Assembly (NCBI GenBank): GCA_030390025.1
Contig: CM059433.1
Location: 32,800,001 to 32,864,000 of the forward strand
Origin: Squalus acanthias
Lineage: Eukaryota
Direction: 5' to 3'
Length of the DNA stretch: 64,000 nt
In this document: one piece after another, positions 60,161-64,000 of the stretch
How positions within the stretch are numbered: the first letter of the stretch is position 1
Layout: every line of letters begins with the position of its first letter
Notes under the pieces: model-generated
Database searches by the model: none
What the model was told of the DNA's origin: nothing
Seen by the model: only the letters and a program-made list of their open reading frames with translations
Translations under genes and position numbers: made by a program

Positions 60161-62789
60161 CAATCACAGGATCAATCATAGAATCACTCACATGATCTGT
60201 CATAGAATCAGTCACATGATCAATCACATGATCAATCATAGAATCAATCCCAGGATCAATCATAGAATCAATCACATGATCTATCATTGAACCAATCAAA
60301 GGATCAATCACAGAATCAATTATACAATAAATCAAATGTTCAGTCACAGGATCAATCATAGAATCAATCACATGATCAATCAGAGGAACAATCATAAAAT
60401 CAATCATAGAATCAATCAAATGATTACTTATATAATCAATCCCAGGATCAATCATGGAATCAATCACAGGATGAATCACAGGATCAATCATGGAATCAAT
60501 CACAGGATCAATCATAGAATCACTCACATGATCAATCATAGAATCAATCACATGATCAATCACAGGATCAATCATAGAATCACTCACATGATCCGTCATA
60601 GAATCAGTCACATGATCAATCACATGATCAACCATAGAATCAAACACAGGATCAAGCATAGAATCAATCACAGGATCAAGCATAGAATCAATCACAGGAT
60701 CAAGCATAGAATCAACCACAGGATCAATCATAGAATCAGTCACATAATCAATCACAGAATCTATCATAGAATCAATAAAATAATCAATCATAAGATCAGT
60801 CATAGAATCAATCACATGATCAATCATAGAAGCAATCACATGACCAATCATATAATCAACCACATGATCAATCACAGGATCAGTCATAGAATCAATCATA
60901 GAATCAATCACCGGATCAATCATAGAATCAATCCCAGTATCAATCATAGTATCAATCACATGATCAATCGCCAGATCAATCATAGAATTAATCACATGAT
61001 CATTCACAGGATGTATCATAGGATCAATCACATGATCAATCAGACAATCAATCACAGGATGAATCACAGGATCAATCATGGAATCAATCACAGGATCAAT
61101 CATAGAAACAATTAAATGATCAATCACAAGATCAATCATGGTACCATCAAAGGATCAATCATATAATCAATCACATGATCAATCACAGGATCAATTATAG
61201 AATCGATCACATGATCAATCACCTGAACAATCATAGAATCAATCACATGATCAATCACAGGCTGTATCATAGAATCAATCACATGATCAATCACAGGATC
61301 AATTATAGAATCGATCACATGATCAATCACCTGAACAATCATAGAATCAATCACATGATCAATCACAGGCTGTATCATAGAATCAATCACATGATCAATC
61401 ACACAATCAATCGTAGAATCAATCACATGATCAATCAAATAATCAATCCCAGGTTCAATCATAGAATCAATCACATGATCTATTATAGAACTAATCATAG
61501 GATCAATCACAGAATCAATTATATAATAAATCATGTGTTCAGTCATTGGATCAATCATAGAATCAATCACATGATCAATCAGAGGAACATTCATAAAATC
61601 AATCATAGAATCAATCACATGATCAATCACAGGCTGTATCATAGAATCAATCACATGATCAATCACACAATCAATCGTAGAATCAATCACATGATCAATC
61701 AAATAATCAATCCCAGGATCAATCATAGAATCAATCACATGATCTATCATAGAACTAATCATAGGATCAATCACAGAATCAATTATATAATAAATCAAAT
61801 GTTCAGTCACTGGATCAATCATAGAATCAATCACATGATCAATCAGAGGAACATTCATAAAATCAATCATAGAATCAATCAAAGGATTAATTAAAGAATC
61901 AATCCCAGGATCAATCATGGAATCAATCACAGGATCAATCACAGGATCAATCATGGAATCATACACAGGATCAATCATAGAATCAATCACAGGATCAAGC
62001 ATAGAATCAGTCACAGGATCAATCATAGAATCAATCATAGAATCAATCACATGATCAATCACAGGATCAGTCATAGAATCAATCACATTATCAGTCACAG
62101 GATGAATCATAGATTCAGTCACATGATAATTCACAGGATCTATCATAGAATCAATAAAATAATCAATCATAAGATCAGTCATAGAATCAATCCGCTTACC
62201 AATCATATAATCAACCACATGATCAAGCACAGGATCAATCATAGAATCAATCATGGAAACAAACACAGGATCAATCATAGAATCAATCACATGATCAATC
62301 ATACAATCAATCACATGATCAATCACAGCATCAATCATAGAATCAATCACATGATCTGTCATAGAATCAGTCACAGGATCAATCATAGAATCAAACACAG
62401 GATCAATCATAGAATCAATCACAGGATCTATCATAGAAACAATCACATGATCAATCAGATGATCAATGATAGAATCATCACAGGATCAAACATAGAATCA
62501 ATCACATGATCAGTTGCACATTCAATCATAGAATCAATCACATGATCAATTACAGGATCAATCATAGAATCAATCCCAGTATCAATCATAGAATCAATCA
62601 CATTATTAATCACAGGGTAAATAATAGAATCATTCACATCATCAATCACAGGATCTATCATTGAAACAATCACATGATCAATTACAAGATCAATCATGGG
62701 ACCATCACAAGATCAATCATATAATCAATCTCATTATCAATCACAGGATCAATCATATAATCAATCACATGATCAATCACCAATTGAAT

Positions 62790-63715
62790 CGTAGAATCAA
62801 TCACATGATCTGTCATAGGATGTATCATAGGATCAATCACATGACCAATCACACAATCAATCATAGAATCAATCACATGATCTATCATAGAATCAATCAC
62901 ATGATCTATCATAGAACCAACCATAGCATCAATCACAGGATCAATGATAAAATCAATCAAATGTTCAGTCACAGTATCAATCATAGAATCAGCCACAGGA
63001 CCAATAATATGATCAATCACATGATCAATCAGAGGAAAAATCATAAAGTCAAGCATAGAATAAATCACAGGATTAATTATATAATCAATCACAGGATCAA
63101 GCATAGAATCAATCACAGGATCAAACATAGATTCAATTATAGAATCAATCACATGATCAATCACAGGATCAATCACAGAATCAATCACATTATCAATCAC
63201 AGGATCTATCATAGAATCAATCAAATAATCAATCATAAGATCAGTCATAGAATTAATTACAGGGTGAATCATAGAATCAATCACATGATCAGTCATAGGA
63301 TGTATCATAGGATCAATCACATGACCAATCACACAATCAATCATAGAATCAATCACATGATCTATCATAGAACCAATCATAGCATCAATCACAGGATCAA
63401 TTATAGAATCAATCAAATGTTCAGTCACAGTATCAATCATAGAATCAGCCACAGGACCAATAATATGATCAATCACATGAACAATCAGAGGAAAAATCAT
63501 AAAGTCAATCATAGAATAAATCACAGGATTAATTATATAATCAATCACAGGATCAAGCATAGAATCAATCACAGGATCAAACATAGATTCAATTATAGAA
63601 TCAATCACATTATCAATCACAGGATCTATCATAGAATCAATCAAATAATCAATCATAAGATCAGTCATAGAATTAATTACAGGGTGAATCATAGAATCAA
63701 TCACATGATCAATCA
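62790..63715 (+). repeat. Diverged ~450-bp tandem duplication with whole-monomer deletions
   Basis: Offset falls from 480 (62821/63301) to 456 (63001/63457) to 420 (63181/63601). Confidence 0.85.
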
Positions 63716-64000
63716 CATGATCAATCATAGAATCAATCACAGGATCAAACATAGAATCAATCACATGAACAATCACAGGATAAATCATAGAATCATCCAC
63801 ATGATCTGTCATAGAATCAATCAAAGGATGGAATCACATGATAAATCACAGAATCTATCAAAGACTCAATCCCAGTATCAATCATAGTTTCAATCACATG
63901 GTCAATCACAGGATCAATCAGAGAATCAATTACATTATTAATCACAGGTAAATCATAGAAACATTCACATAATCAATCACAGAATCAAGCATAGAATCAA

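Larger units (their letters stand above)
56436..64000. repeat. 12-bp tandem satellite array, right of the SINE (CACATG-rich subtype)
   Basis: Same monomer and orientation resume immediately after the SINE tail. Runs off the right edge. Confidence 0.99.

Noticed and set aside
68..63887. All MIDS/VIDP/VIDH, INHR and ESII repeat ORFs as protein-coding genes
   Set aside because: They are direct translations of a 12-bp repeat, open on both strands, with no unique domains, and broken by frequent frameshifts that are copied along with duplications.
1..64000. CRISPR array or other repeat-spacer system
   Set aside because: There are no unique spacers. The variable part is about 3 positions drawn from a few haplotypes, there are no cas or other genes, and the context is eukaryotic.
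1..64000. Telomeric or telomerase-made repeat
   Set aside because: No TTAGGG tract and no G-rich strand. Shared private mutations between blocks show copying by duplication, not templated de novo synthesis.
1..64000. Assignment as centromeric DNA
   Set aside because: No CENP-B box or other diagnostic motif was seen. Location and function cannot be inferred from this sequence alone.

Overview
Eukaryotic heterochromatic DNA with no supportable protein-coding gene. Over 99% of the window is one head-to-tail satellite array of a 12-bp monomer, about 5,300 units by length. The consensus is CATAGAATCAAT, with main variants CACAGGATCAAT, CATAGGATCAAT, CACAGAATCAAT and CACATGATCAAT. The array is organised into alternating variant domains and nested duplications from 60 bp to about 10 kb. 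The only non-satellite sequence is a ~315-bp tRNA-derived V-SINE at ~56119-56435 (+ strand). It resembles the elasmobranch HE1 family and ends in a CR1-type (ATTCTGTG)n tail, which points to a shark or ray genome (recognised from memory, not searched). All listed ORFs (MIDS/INHR/ESII repeats) are translation artefacts of a stop-free 12-mer. The most interesting observation is that the monomer read on the minus strand is the CR1/HE1 tail octamer ATTCTRTG plus ATTG, so the satellite may descend from a retroposon tail. This is a hypothesis. I found no evidence for a CRISPR-like or other new coding system. Boundaries were set by eye and may be off by about one monomer.
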